Below, piece after piece: positions 19,791 through 29,457 of a stretch of DNA of 64,000 nucleotides (its first letter is position 1; each line of letters opens with the position of its first letter). The notes under the pieces were generated by a model, which did not search any database, was not told the origin of the DNA, and saw only the letters and a program-made list of their open reading frames with translations. Both the position numbers and the translations under genes were made by a program. Origin of the DNA: Ignavibacteria bacterium (lineage in GTDB: Bacteria; Bacteroidota; Ignavibacteria; Kapaibacteriales; UBA961); assembly GCA_016720145.1 (NCBI GenBank), contig JADJXV010000024.1, positions 130,726 to 194,725 on the forward strand, in the 5' to 3' direction.

Positions 19791-19839
19791 GAATCCCCCC
19801 TGACTAGACTCCAGCTTCAGCTGGAGGAAAACGGTAAAT
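19791..19839. repeat. Right copy of the 50-bp direct repeat flanking the mrr cassette
   Basis: gaatcccccctgactagactccagcttcagctggagg-aaaacggtaaat. Confidence 0.85.
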
Positions 19840-19888
19840 ATATTAAAAACAAAGCATTGGATAAATTACAACAAACAAAATAACTCCC

Positions 19889-20662
19889 ATGCCTTCGATC
19901 CAATTTGTATCCGATCTTCACTTGGAATTTGCAGAGAACAGGGAGTTCTTACGGTATAATCCTTTGGTGCCGAGTGCTGACATATTGGTATTAGCCGGGG
20001 ATATAATTTCGGACAAGTACAAAAAGAAAGCAGAACCCTTCTATCAGGAGTGGCGAAAAAACTTCAAACATGTGATTGCAATTGCCGGAAATCACGAGTA
20101 CTATTATGGTGAAATACGCTATGCATATCCTTATTATTTCAAAAAGTTAGCAGAGAATCACTACAAGGTGAATAATCGCACTGTCATACTGGAAAATACT
20201 CGGTTTATTTGCTCGACCCTATGGACATTCATCCCGCCTGAGCATGCACGTGAGATTGAACACCGTATCAGCGATTACCGGCAGATTCTCTACAGTCAAA
20301 AAGAACAAGACCTTCGGACGATTTCAACGAGAGATGTTAATTTTTTCCATCAAATCTCACGCTCGTATCTTGAAACCGAACTCAAGCAACCCTTTGATGG
20401 GAAAACAGTTGTTGTAACGCATCATCTACCGAGCTTTGCGCTGCTTCCGGATGAAGACAAGAACACTGCCCTTCGTTATTATTGCGCCAGCGAACTTGAT
20501 GAGGTAATTATTAGCAGTCAGCCCAGGTATTGGATAGTTGGTCATTACCATAAATCAGTACATAAAACAATCGGGCAGACCGAGTGTATCTCCAATCCAC
20601 TCGGGTACATGGATGAAAATCAAAGGCATTCGTTTGCCTTTGCGAATTCTTTGGAAGTGTAG
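19889..20662 (+). CDS. Calcineurin-like metallophosphoesterase
   Basis: VSDLHLEF, LAGDI, AGNHEY, VTHH motifs. Confidence 0.75.
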   Translation: MPSIQFVSDLHLEFAENREFLRYNPLVPSADILVLAGDIISDKYKKKAEPFYQEWRKNFKHVIAIAGNHEYYYGEIRYAYPYYFKKLAENHYKVNNRTVILENTRFICSTLWTFIPPEHAREIEHRISDYRQILYSQKEQDLRTISTRDVNFFHQISRSYLETELKQPFDGKTVVVTHHLPSFALLPDEDKNTALRYYCASELDEVIISSQPRYWIVGHYHKSVHKTIGQTECISNPLGYMDENQRHSFAFANSLEV

Positions 20663-20728
20663 GGAAACTGATGGCGGCTATGTATAATTGAAAAATCAAT
20701 TAATTTATTACATTTAAACTGTCGAACA

Positions 20729-21148
20729 ATGAAAAACACAGCAACAGCAATAGCAATGATTATGACATTTATAACCATGCCTGTCTTATCACAGACGGCA
20801 GTCAAAGAACATAAAGTGGGACACATTTTTTATGTGAGTCTGCCGGAATATATGAGCAAAACCACAGGTCTAAATTCTTCAGCTGCAATACAGTTTAAGA
20901 GTACTGTCAAAGATGTTGCCGGTTTTGTAATTGAAGACAATAAAGAAGAATTACGATTAGCGGAAATGACTTATACTTCAACAAAAGAATTTTTTGATGA
21001 ATTTATGAAAGACTTCCTGAAAGATGAAGAAAACAAAACAAAACAGTGTCCCCATCAAAAAGTAAAAAAGTTGGTCAAACAAATTTCGTTGAATGTGATA
21101 TCACCTATACCGATAAAGAATCCAAACTTGAATTATACTATTTTATAG
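20729..21148 (+). CDS. Hypothetical secreted protein
   Basis: Signal peptide MKNTATAIAMIMTFITMPVLSQT. Lys-rich, 139 aa. Confidence 0.45.
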   Translation: MKNTATAIAMIMTFITMPVLSQTAVKEHKVGHIFYVSLPEYMSKTTGLNSSAAIQFKSTVKDVAGFVIEDNKEELRLAEMTYTSTKEFFDEFMKDFLKDEENKTKQCPHQKVKKLVKQISLNVISPIPIKNPNLNYTIL

Positions 21149-21338
21149 GCATTGCAGAAACATCATCCGCATATTATAAAATATTATGTTTGAGGTACAG
21201 CCGAAAGTAAAGACAAATTCAAAACCGATTTCCAAAAAATACTGTATAGTGTAAAAGATTAAATTTAGGTAATAAGTTCATAAATACATACTAATAAATA
21301 ACTTAATTGATAATATACAACAATTATTTTAAACTATT

Positions 21339-21782
21339 ATGACACTCACACAAGAACAAGTGCATGATATTGCGCAAGAACTCGACTGCGGATTTCGGTG
21401 TTTTTTGCATTCAGAGACCGGCGAACTTCTGTCTATTCCGGTTGAGGCATTCAATGGGACTATGGATACAGAGTTTTTTGAAGAAGATCTAGAAAAATTA
21501 GAAGAGAATTTTTTAGAATACCGAGAAATTCCTCGAATGGAATCTCATGATTCATTTAGGATTATGGAGGAATTTGCAGAGGAATTGACGGATAACAAAA
21601 GACTTCAGAATCGATTACTCGACGCGCTTGGACAGCGGAAACCGTTCAGAGGATTTAAAGATATCATCGATGATAGTGGCGATTATCGGGAAATGTGGTT
21701 TGCCTTTAAAAACCAAAAACTCGAAGATTGGGTGCGTGATCATACTCAGAATTTTGAGTTGAATGCCCCTGATATGGAGTAG
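21339..21782 (+). CDS. Conserved hypothetical protein (UPF0158-like)
   Basis: Acidic 147-aa ORF with ...KPFRGFKDIID...MWFAFKNQKLEDWV... Resemblance to the UPF0158 family is recalled, not verified. Confidence 0.45.
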   Translation: MTLTQEQVHDIAQELDCGFRCFLHSETGELLSIPVEAFNGTMDTEFFEEDLEKLEENFLEYREIPRMESHDSFRIMEEFAEELTDNKRLQNRLLDALGQRKPFRGFKDIIDDSGDYREMWFAFKNQKLEDWVRDHTQNFELNAPDME

Positions 21783-21824
21783 AAATTCAGGATATCTGTA
21801 GGGTTTCAGAATTTGAATCGCAAA

Positions 21825-21885
21825 CTGTAGGGGCGGATTGCATCCGCCCTGGTCGTGCAGGTCTCGGGCGAATGCAATTATCGAA
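21825..21885. repeat. REP-like palindromic element, same family as 17399
   Basis: ctgtaggggcggattgcatccgccctggtcgtgcaggtctcgggcgaatgcaatt. Confidence 0.8.
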
Positions 21886-21947
21886 TCGAATTATAACATT
21901 CTGTAAATAATTATAATCAAAGTTGTTCAACTATCTTTAATAATCCT

Positions 21948-22319
21948 ATGCAATTAGGCGCATTCTCCATTAGTCTCAATGTCAAGGACATTACAGTTTC
22001 CAAGGAATTCTACGAAAACCTTGGTTTTACTCAGTTTGCCGGTGAAATAAAACATAATTATCTCATTATGAAAAATGGGAACACTCTCATCGGACTCTTT
22101 CATGGGATGTTCCCGAATAACATGCTCACGTTTAATCCCGGCTGGGATGAAAATGCAGCTTTGGTTGAGAATTTTGACGATGTTCGGGAGATTCAAAAGC
22201 ATCTCAAAAGCAAGAATATTACTCAACAAGCCGAAGCGGATGAGACGACGACAGGTCCTGCCTATATCATGCTCCAAGACCCTGACGGCAATCCGATATT
22301 AATTGACCAACATGTGTAG
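21948..22319 (+). CDS. Glyoxalase / VOC-family protein
   Basis: 123 aa. beta-alpha-beta-beta-beta VOC pattern: MQLGAFSISLNVKDI..SKEFYENLGF ... IMLQDPDGN. Confidence 0.65.
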   Translation: MQLGAFSISLNVKDITVSKEFYENLGFTQFAGEIKHNYLIMKNGNTLIGLFHGMFPNNMLTFNPGWDENAALVENFDDVREIQKHLKSKNITQQAEADETTTGPAYIMLQDPDGNPILIDQHV

Positions 22320-22390
22320 AGAGAAATACCTCGAAATGACGATTCAATTCAGAGAGAAAATATTTATGCAATTAATTTCAAATCAATCAG

Positions 22391-22463
22391 TTAACCATTA
22401 ACCATTAACCATTAACCATTAACCATTAACCATTAACCATTAACCATTAACCATTAACCATTA
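22391..22463. repeat. Tandem heptamer repeat (TTAACCA) x 10
   Basis: Read directly. It ends 8 nt before the ATG at 22472. Confidence 0.95.
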
Positions 22464-22471
22464 TTACATCT

Positions 22472-22879
22472 ATGACAACCGCACAAGGCACAAAACAAGA
22501 CCCGTGGAAACTCAAAACGCCACCCCAAACCTCCGAATATGAAATGTATAGGGATCAAAAAGACGGCATGGACGTAATAGTCTGCGTCGTTGGCAAGACG
22601 ACGCTTCTCTATGATTATCAATGCCTTGCTGACCTACACTCTATGCTTACAGCCCATGGTGACTGGATGGAACTCGGCAGCGCAGACGAACAAAAGCCCG
22701 CCAAAGACGGCACCGTGGAAGCATGGGGACGTTCGGAAAGTAATCCCCGTGGCGGCTGGTACGGACTCAAGAAAGGTCTCCGCGGACGCTTCGGCATGTA
22801 CGTGCCGCCACTGATGGAGGCATTGGGACTAGCGGAAGTGACACATGACCCTAAGGGAAATAAAATGCGGGCGATTTGA
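22472..22879 (+). CDS. Conserved hypothetical protein
   Basis: 135 aa. ...TVEAWGRSESNPRGGWYGLKKGLRGRFGMYVPPLMEALGLAE... Family not assigned. Confidence 0.5.
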   Translation: MTTAQGTKQDPWKLKTPPQTSEYEMYRDQKDGMDVIVCVVGKTTLLYDYQCLADLHSMLTAHGDWMELGSADEQKPAKDGTVEAWGRSESNPRGGWYGLKKGLRGRFGMYVPPLMEALGLAEVTHDPKGNKMRAI

Positions 22880-22992
22880 TGGGGAAATGGTGGGGTAATT
22901 CTGCACTATACAGCTACCTTTGCAAGAATTTTACCTGTCGTATCTGCTAACCGAAAAGTACAGAATAATACATTTGTTTCATGGAAATTTCA

Positions 22993-23529
22993 ATGCCAAA
23001 TAGAAAAGTAATTCTTTATATAGCAATGAGTTTGGACGGATTTATCGCCGCTCCGAATGATGACCTGAGTTTCCTGTCCGTCGTGCAGGAAGAGGGAGAG
23101 GACTATGGCTATAATAAATTTATCTGTTCTATTGACACGGTAATTATTGGCAGGAAAACATACGATTGGGTGATGACGCAAGTACCGGAATTCCCACATG
23201 CTGATAAAGTGACGTATGTTATCACTCGCTCGCCGCGTCCGAGTATTGAAACGACTCACTTTTATACCGGATCGCTTCCTTCACTCGTTGCCGAGCTCAA
23301 AGCCATGGACAGCGCGAAGCATATCTTCTGCGACGGCGGCGCCGAAGTGGTCAATGCGCTGCTCAAGGAAAATGTAATCGACGAATTCATCATCTCCATC
23401 ATTCCGACGCTGCTTGGTGACGGTACACAGCTTTTTCAGAATGGCGATAGGCTACAGCAGTCGCTGGAACTTGTTTCTATAAAACAATTTACATCCGGAC
23501 TGGTGCAGATTCACTACTGCCGCATCTGA
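22993..23529 (+). CDS. Dihydrofolate reductase family protein (RibD C-terminal-like)
   Basis: MPNRKVILYIAMSLDGFIA..., ...IGRKTYDW..., DEFIISIIPTLLGDG. Confidence 0.8.
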   Translation: MPNRKVILYIAMSLDGFIAAPNDDLSFLSVVQEEGEDYGYNKFICSIDTVIIGRKTYDWVMTQVPEFPHADKVTYVITRSPRPSIETTHFYTGSLPSLVAELKAMDSAKHIFCDGGAEVVNALLKENVIDEFIISIIPTLLGDGTQLFQNGDRLQQSLELVSIKQFTSGLVQIHYCRI

Positions 23530-23587
23530 AAATCATCTTCCATCATAAACAATCTGTGTTCATCAGCGTGCTATTCTTCGGTTTGTA

Positions 23588-23826
23588 TAGGGTTTCCGCA
23601 GTAAAATATCTGATAGCTCCATCGGAGCGAAATCTTAATAGAAAATGGACGATTCATAGAAATAAAGCTCCATCGGAGCGACATAAATACAAGCAATCCA
23701 CCAACTATTTCACTCCGATGGAGCTTTTATGAATTATAGGACGTACTTTCTATTACTATTTCGCCCTTATAGGGCTAAAGAAATGGATTATTATCCCTCG
23801 AAAAATTTGATGCGGAAACCCTATCG
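23588..23826. repeat. Copy 1 of a ~240-bp dispersed structured repeat (MITE-like or small RNA), with terminal inverted repeats AGGGTTTCCGCA...TGCGGAAACCCT
   Basis: Matches 53638-53885 at roughly 80 % identity. Three internal copies of GCTCCATCGGAGC, in both orientations. GCCCTTATAGGGC hairpin. Confidence 0.8.
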
Positions 23827-23942
23827 GTTTATATGAACTCCAAAATATCAGAGAATTTACGCGCAAAGAGTGGTTAATCTTACATGCTTTGTTATTTTTG
23901 CAGAATAATTATTAATTCTATTCAAGCCCCAAAGGAAACCTC

Positions 23943-26453
23943 ATGGCTAAAGTGAACCAACCTGCTGAATCTCAATCGCTTATACCCGAAAAATACAAAG
24001 ACCTTGCCTACATCGGCGTCATCATTTTGTCGGTACTTATTTTCCTTGCTCCTGCATTATTTACCGGTGGGAATTTCGGTTCGACTGATAACGTCGCTTC
24101 CAATAGCTTCACGCCATACCTCGATGAAGCGAAGAAAAGCGGTGACTTTGCATTATGGAATCCGTATATATTTGCCGGCTTACCAAGTTATGCGGCTCTT
24201 CTGACGACAGGCGACCGCTGGTACGACTTTGTGTCCAAAGGAATCTTCGGGTTTTCGCAAATCATGGGCGCCGTTTTTAAAAATGACGAAGCACGGATAG
24301 CATTTTTCTACATGCTGTATGGCGTGGGGATGTACCTATTGATGCGTTCCAAAAAACACGAACGTTTTACTGCATTTTTTACATCCTTTGCGGCGGTATT
24401 TTCGACGTGGGTGATATGTTGGATTTTAATCGGGCACAATACCAAGCCGGTTGCACTGGCGACATTTCCGTTTATTTTGCTGTGTCTTGAGAAGCTGAGG
24501 GAACGGTTCTCACTGATGTATTCGGTGGTCTTAATCCTTGCTGTCCATGCACTTGTGGAGTCCACTCACGTTCAGATGGCGTTCTATGGGGTGTGTATAT
24601 TTGGATTGTACATTTTATTCGAACTCGTCAGTCGGTTAATTACCAAAAATAGTCCGGGCGGTGTGGTCCGTGGCGCAATAATGCTCGCTCTTGCAGGCGG
24701 ACTCGCCTTCTCAATGTCTGCCGACCGCTACTTGAGTGTGATGGAATACAAGCCATATTCTACCCGAGGCACGGCACCAATTGAGAAAAAAGACAATAGC
24801 AAACAAGACGCAAGTGGTGGATTTGATTATGATTACTGCACTAATTGGTCGTTTAGTCCAGAGGAGACGATTACATTTTTAGTACCGAATTACTATGGTT
24901 TCGGGAAAATGGAATACAAGCCATCACCAAGAGCCAAAGCACAAACTGTCCAAACCTATTGGGGGCAAATGGCTTTTACCGATGCGGCTAATTACATGGG
25001 AATCGGTGTACTTGGGCTGGCATTATTAGGGTTTATCGCTTATAAAAAAGATCCTTTTGTACAATTTTTACTAACGCTTTCAATATTCTCCGTCTTGCTT
25101 TCCTTCGGTAAGAATATGCCGCTTCTCTATGATGTGTTTTTCTATCATGTTCCCGGTTTTAATAATTTCCGCGCTCCTCAAATGGCGCTCGTCATGATGC
25201 AATTCGCCATCCCAATCCTTGCAGGATATGGACTTACAGCGCTTTTAAGCTGGCGTGGGAATCTAACGCCTCAACGTAAAAAGATACTATTCGGTGGAAT
25301 GGTGGGTTATGGACTTTTCTTAGTCGTTGGATTATTATACTCAAGTATGGGTGAAGAAGGGTATATTCAGGGGGTAATTGACTCCAAAAAAGGGCTTGAT
25401 CAGATAGCGCCGTGGCTATTTTCACAGATGACTTCTGACTGGCTTGTGACAGCATTCATTGGACTCACAACAGCAGTAATTGGGTATTTATTTGTTATTA
25501 AAAAAATAAAAAATGGTGTATTCTATTTGGCTTTTGCGGCTCTATTGATCATTGATTTGTGGCGGGTAGGATATCGTCCTATGGAAGTCTCGAAGGGAAA
25601 TATTACAAATTCAGAATTCAAGCAACCTGCTTTTGTCGATTATTTGAGAAAAGATGAAAGTCAATATCGTGTAGCAGATTACGTGTATTTAATGAGCGGA
25701 AAAACGAATGTGCCGGCCTATTTTAAATTAGAAAATATACATGGGTATCACTCAGCTAAATTACGTGTCTATCAAGATTTATTGGATGTAGCAGGCGGTG
25801 AAAATGGCGGTGCTATAACGAATCCTACACTGCTTAACCTCTTGAATGTAAAATATATGATTGCACCCCAACCGCTATTTCAAGGAATTCAACCAGTCTT
25901 CGAAAGCCAAATGGCAATGGATACTCGCGTCGTTTCTACTCTCGTCTATAAAAATGAATCCGTACTCCCACGCGCATTTTTTGTCGATAGCGTCAAGGTA
26001 GCCGGTGGAATGGAAATTCTAACCCATATAAAAAATAATGACTTTAATCCAAAACACCTTGCTTTTGTCGAGGAAAGTCTCCCCAAATCAATCGATACAA
26101 CCACTGCAGAGATGACGGCAAAGGTCGTCGAACATAAAAATGAATACTTCAAGATCGAAGCCACAGCCAGCGGAAATAATTTACTTTTTGTGAGTGAAGT
26201 GCACTATCCTGTTAGTTGGAAAGCATTTATCGATGGCGTGGAAACACCCGTTTACAAAACAAATTTTGCTTTCCGTTCGGTGATTGTGCCGCCGGGTAAA
26301 CATACCATAGAATTCAAATTCATCTCCGAAAAATATGATGTAGGTAAGAAACTGAGCTTGGGCGCGAATATCCTGACGATTCTCGCCGGCGCAGCGGCAC
26401 TCTTTATCGGATGGAAGAAAAAAGATGATACTCCAGACGCTGTAAATTCATAA
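23943..26453 (+). CDS. Polytopic membrane protein, YfhO-like (glycosyltransferase-39-like fold)
   Basis: 836 aa. At least 10 TM helices in the N-terminal 550 aa, then a soluble C-terminal domain and a final TM. Confidence 0.5.
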   Translation: MAKVNQPAESQSLIPEKYKDLAYIGVIILSVLIFLAPALFTGGNFGSTDNVASNSFTPYLDEAKKSGDFALWNPYIFAGLPSYAALLTTGDRWYDFVSKGIFGFSQIMGAVFKNDEARIAFFYMLYGVGMYLLMRSKKHERFTAFFTSFAAVFSTWVICWILIGHNTKPVALATFPFILLCLEKLRERFSLMYSVVLILAVHALVESTHVQMAFYGVCIFGLYILFELVSRLITKNSPGGVVRGAIMLALAGGLAFSMSADRYLSVMEYKPYSTRGTAPIEKKDNSKQDASGGFDYDYCTNWSFSPEETITFLVPNYYGFGKMEYKPSPRAKAQTVQTYWGQMAFTDAANYMGIGVLGLALLGFIAYKKDPFVQFLLTLSIFSVLLSFGKNMPLLYDVFFYHVPGFNNFRAPQMALVMMQFAIPILAGYGLTALLSWRGNLTPQRKKILFGGMVGYGLFLVVGLLYSSMGEEGYIQGVIDSKKGLDQIAPWLFSQMTSDWLVTAFIGLTTAVIGYLFVIKKIKNGVFYLAFAALLIIDLWRVGYRPMEVSKGNITNSEFKQPAFVDYLRKDESQYRVADYVYLMSGKTNVPAYFKLENIHGYHSAKLRVYQDLLDVAGGENGGAITNPTLLNLLNVKYMIAPQPLFQGIQPVFESQMAMDTRVVSTLVYKNESVLPRAFFVDSVKVAGGMEILTHIKNNDFNPKHLAFVEESLPKSIDTTTAEMTAKVVEHKNEYFKIEATASGNNLLFVSEVHYPVSWKAFIDGVETPVYKTNFAFRSVIVPPGKHTIEFKFISEKYDVGKKLSLGANILTILAGAAALFIGWKKKDDTPDAVNS

Positions 26454-26483
26454 TTCTACGATAATTTCGTTAATTTTGCAACT

Positions 26484-26840
26484 ATGATATCCACACTTCG
26501 ACATATTGTTTCGCTCGCAAAGATTCCGGTAGCCATGCTTGTGCTGTCGGCATTCTTGCTCGGTCAATTTGTCGAGGTGTGGCATTATCATTCTCCTACA
26601 GAAATGCAAAGTGATAGTCTTTCTGTCGGTGGATTTACAAAGACCGAATCAGGCGCCGGGCATAGCCACGAATCGTGCCCTATATGCAGTTCGTCTCAGT
26701 GCTTTAAAGACTTAATTATCAAGCCGGTTACGACGGTATTCACTTCTCTCGTCAAGTCAACTCTGGCTTTCCTTAAACATACGCTTTATTCCTTTCTTTC
26801 CTCAGTACTCAAGCCCGGACGCGCGCCACCTGCGTTCTAA
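26484..26840 (+). CDS. Small membrane-anchored protein with HxH and CPxC motifs, hypothetical
   Basis: N-terminal TM. GHSHESCPICSS. Directly upstream of a TonB-dependent receptor. Confidence 0.4.
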   Translation: MISTLRHIVSLAKIPVAMLVLSAFLLGQFVEVWHYHSPTEMQSDSLSVGGFTKTESGAGHSHESCPICSSSQCFKDLIIKPVTTVFTSLVKSTLAFLKHTLYSFLSSVLKPGRAPPAF

Positions 26841-26930
26841 ATATCTACCTCTCAATTTCCTTACTTTCTAACTATTTAATTCGTTGGAGAGTATTTCTCG
26901 TTTTATACTTCGAATTTATTTAAACATATT

Positions 26931-29294
26931 ATGTCTTCTCAGCTTATCCGTTTAGGATATGCGGGCGCATTAATGATTGCTATCTGTAGTACGGTACTTT
27001 CCGTTCGCGGCATGCAGTTATTGGATGGTGATGCGACGTTCTCCGGAATTGTCGTGGACTCGGCTACGCAAGTACCGTTGGTCGGGGCATCGCTCGAACT
27101 CCTCCCCATAAAAAAAGGGTGTTTTACCCAAAAGCGTGGGGTATTCTCTTGTGAGAATTTCCCTGCAGGTGACTACACACTTCTCGTAAAGTATGTGGGT
27201 TATCAAATACATACGCAAAAAATCAGAATTCCTCTCAATAGTCCGCTCAAAATTAAATTGCAGCAATCGGATGTGGCGCTCAAAGCAACGATTATCGAAG
27301 GTGAACGTGAAATAACGGATGCACCGACCAAACAAATCGTGAAGATTACCTCAGCAGAATTAGACGAACATCGCGGGCAAACACTCGGCGACGCACTCAA
27401 AACTATCAATGGAGTCACGACCTTACAGACGGGTCCTTCTATTTCCAAACCCGTGATTCATGGTCTCCACTCGCAGCGTATAGCTGTGATGAATGCAGGA
27501 GTGGCGCAGGAAGGTCAGCAGTGGGGAGCAGAACATGCCCCGGAAATTGACCCATTTTCAATCTCTACTATCGAAGTACTCAAGGGTGCTGCGACAATTG
27601 AATATGGCGCAGGAGCCATTGGTGGCGTGATACGAGTAGAGCCGAGAGAATTACCGACTTCGCCGATTATAGGCGGAGAATTTACGGCAAATGGCTTTAC
27701 GAATAATCGACAGGGTGCGGCATCATTGCTTGTCGAGGGTGGCATTCCGTCGGTAGAAGGACTCGGATGGCGCACGCAGGCAAGCGCCAGGAAAGCAGGG
27801 AATTCCGAAGCAAGAGATTACTGGCTCGGGAATACGGGTTTTGAGGAATTAAATGCCTCGGCTGCAATTGGGTATGCGTCGGAAGACTTTATAATTAAAG
27901 GCTATTACTCACATTTCGGAACAACTCTTGGCGTGTTTTTGGGTTCGCATTTTGGGAATCAGGACGACCTGATGCGAGCCATCGCTGCCGGGCGTCCGCT
28001 CACAGAGTATGAATTTAGTTATACGATTTCAGGACCAAAACAGGTAATAGCCCATGATTTATGGACTGTGAATGCATCATATCGCCTGAGCGATGCTTGG
28101 AAAATCGAATCACAGTACGGATATCAAGTGAACAATCGTCAGGAATTTGACGCTCGAAAGCGGTACAATGATACGATTTCAAAAGTACCGGTACCTTCAT
28201 TTTCACTCAATCTGACGAGTATGACACTTGATACGAAGTTACGGTATACGCCTGACGGTGAGCTGAGTGCGACCTTCGGCGCAAGTGGTTTATATCAAGT
28301 AAATGTAGGACAAAGCTTGACATATTTACTCCCAAATTTCTCGGTGAGCGGACTCAGCGGGTATGCAATAGGCACGTGGACGACGCCGGAACTAATTGTA
28401 AATTCAGGACTTCGGCTTGACGTGCGTTCGCAGCGAACGTTTCAATATACTCCCAAAAACGTACCTGATTCTGCTGTTACTTACACCGGACTTTCGGGTT
28501 CGCTCGGTGCTTTGTGGACACTCTCTCCCATCACCTCGCTTGGAGCTAATCTTTCAACAACCTTTCGCATTCCATCGATCAATGAGCTCTACTCCGATGG
28601 TGTGCATCATGGTACAGCGCAGTATGAAATGGGTAATCGTACTTTGAGTCCGGAACGTGGGATATCGTCGGATGTGACATTGAAGGTCACGACGCCAAAA
28701 CTGAGCACAGAAATCAGCGCATATCTACATTATTTCAATGGATTTATCTATTCAGCTCCGGCTCTTCGAACAATTCTCACATTGAGGGGTGTATTCCCGG
28801 TGTTTGAGTATCGCCAAACAAGTGCAATGATTACCGGTATTGATGCAAATTTCACGTATGTTGCCTCGGAAGTTGTCCGTTTGGATGCATCACTTTCCTG
28901 GCTATTAGGGAATAATCTTGTTACGAATGAGGCACTCTTTCAGATGCCTGCACCGCGCGCGAAGCTTGGACCACATCTCCATCTCGGTGATTGGGGTGAA
29001 TTACTCCATAACTACCTTGAAATCAACGGACAATTCGTTGCGCGGCAGGTGAATTATCCCGAAAATGCTGATTATTCCCTTCCTCCTGCGGGATATGCAC
29101 TATTTGATATTTCTGCCGGAACAGAAATCCCGATTTCCGAAACTCATAAAATCCATCTCAATGCTGCAGTCCAAAATTTATTCGACCGAGATTACCGTGA
29201 CTATTTGAGCCGTTTTCGGTATTTTACAGCCGATGTAGGACGCACCTTCATTATTCGACTAAAAATACCATTTGGGGAATTCCCGGATGAGTAA
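26931..29294 (+). CDS. TonB-dependent outer-membrane receptor
   Basis: CarbopepD_reg-like N-terminal domain. Plug region (TLQTGPSISKPVIHGL). Barrel. Terminal aromatic-rich C-end. Confidence 0.85.
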   Translation: MSSQLIRLGYAGALMIAICSTVLSVRGMQLLDGDATFSGIVVDSATQVPLVGASLELLPIKKGCFTQKRGVFSCENFPAGDYTLLVKYVGYQIHTQKIRIPLNSPLKIKLQQSDVALKATIIEGEREITDAPTKQIVKITSAELDEHRGQTLGDALKTINGVTTLQTGPSISKPVIHGLHSQRIAVMNAGVAQEGQQWGAEHAPEIDPFSISTIEVLKGAATIEYGAGAIGGVIRVEPRELPTSPIIGGEFTANGFTNNRQGAASLLVEGGIPSVEGLGWRTQASARKAGNSEARDYWLGNTGFEELNASAAIGYASEDFIIKGYYSHFGTTLGVFLGSHFGNQDDLMRAIAAGRPLTEYEFSYTISGPKQVIAHDLWTVNASYRLSDAWKIESQYGYQVNNRQEFDARKRYNDTISKVPVPSFSLNLTSMTLDTKLRYTPDGELSATFGASGLYQVNVGQSLTYLLPNFSVSGLSGYAIGTWTTPELIVNSGLRLDVRSQRTFQYTPKNVPDSAVTYTGLSGSLGALWTLSPITSLGANLSTTFRIPSINELYSDGVHHGTAQYEMGNRTLSPERGISSDVTLKVTTPKLSTEISAYLHYFNGFIYSAPALRTILTLRGVFPVFEYRQTSAMITGIDANFTYVASEVVRLDASLSWLLGNNLVTNEALFQMPAPRAKLGPHLHLGDWGELLHNYLEINGQFVARQVNYPENADYSLPPAGYALFDISAGTEIPISETHKIHLNAAVQNLFDRDYRDYLSRFRYFTADVGRTFIIRLKIPFGEFPDE

Positions 29295-29341
29295 TAGTTG
29301 ACATTGACATTCTTACAATTTTTGAAGAAAATCGATTTTAG

Positions 29342-29400
29342 ACTGTAGGGGCGAATTGCATTCGCCCGGCTCGTGCTAGGGTTTTGGGTGAATTCAATAC
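29342..29400. repeat. REP-like palindromic element, same family as 17399
   Basis: actgtaggggcgaattgcattcgcccggctcgtgctaggg... Confidence 0.8.
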
Positions 29401-29457
29401 GCTCTTACAAAAATCAACACATATCAATAATTTCAATACATTTTACAAAGGTTCAAT

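Noticed and set aside
22391-22463. Possible CRISPR array (this tract, and also the 148-bp and 42-bp tandem repeats at 61821-62255 and 45631-45714)
   Set aside because: These are contiguous tandem repeats without unique spacers of regular length. No cas genes are nearby.
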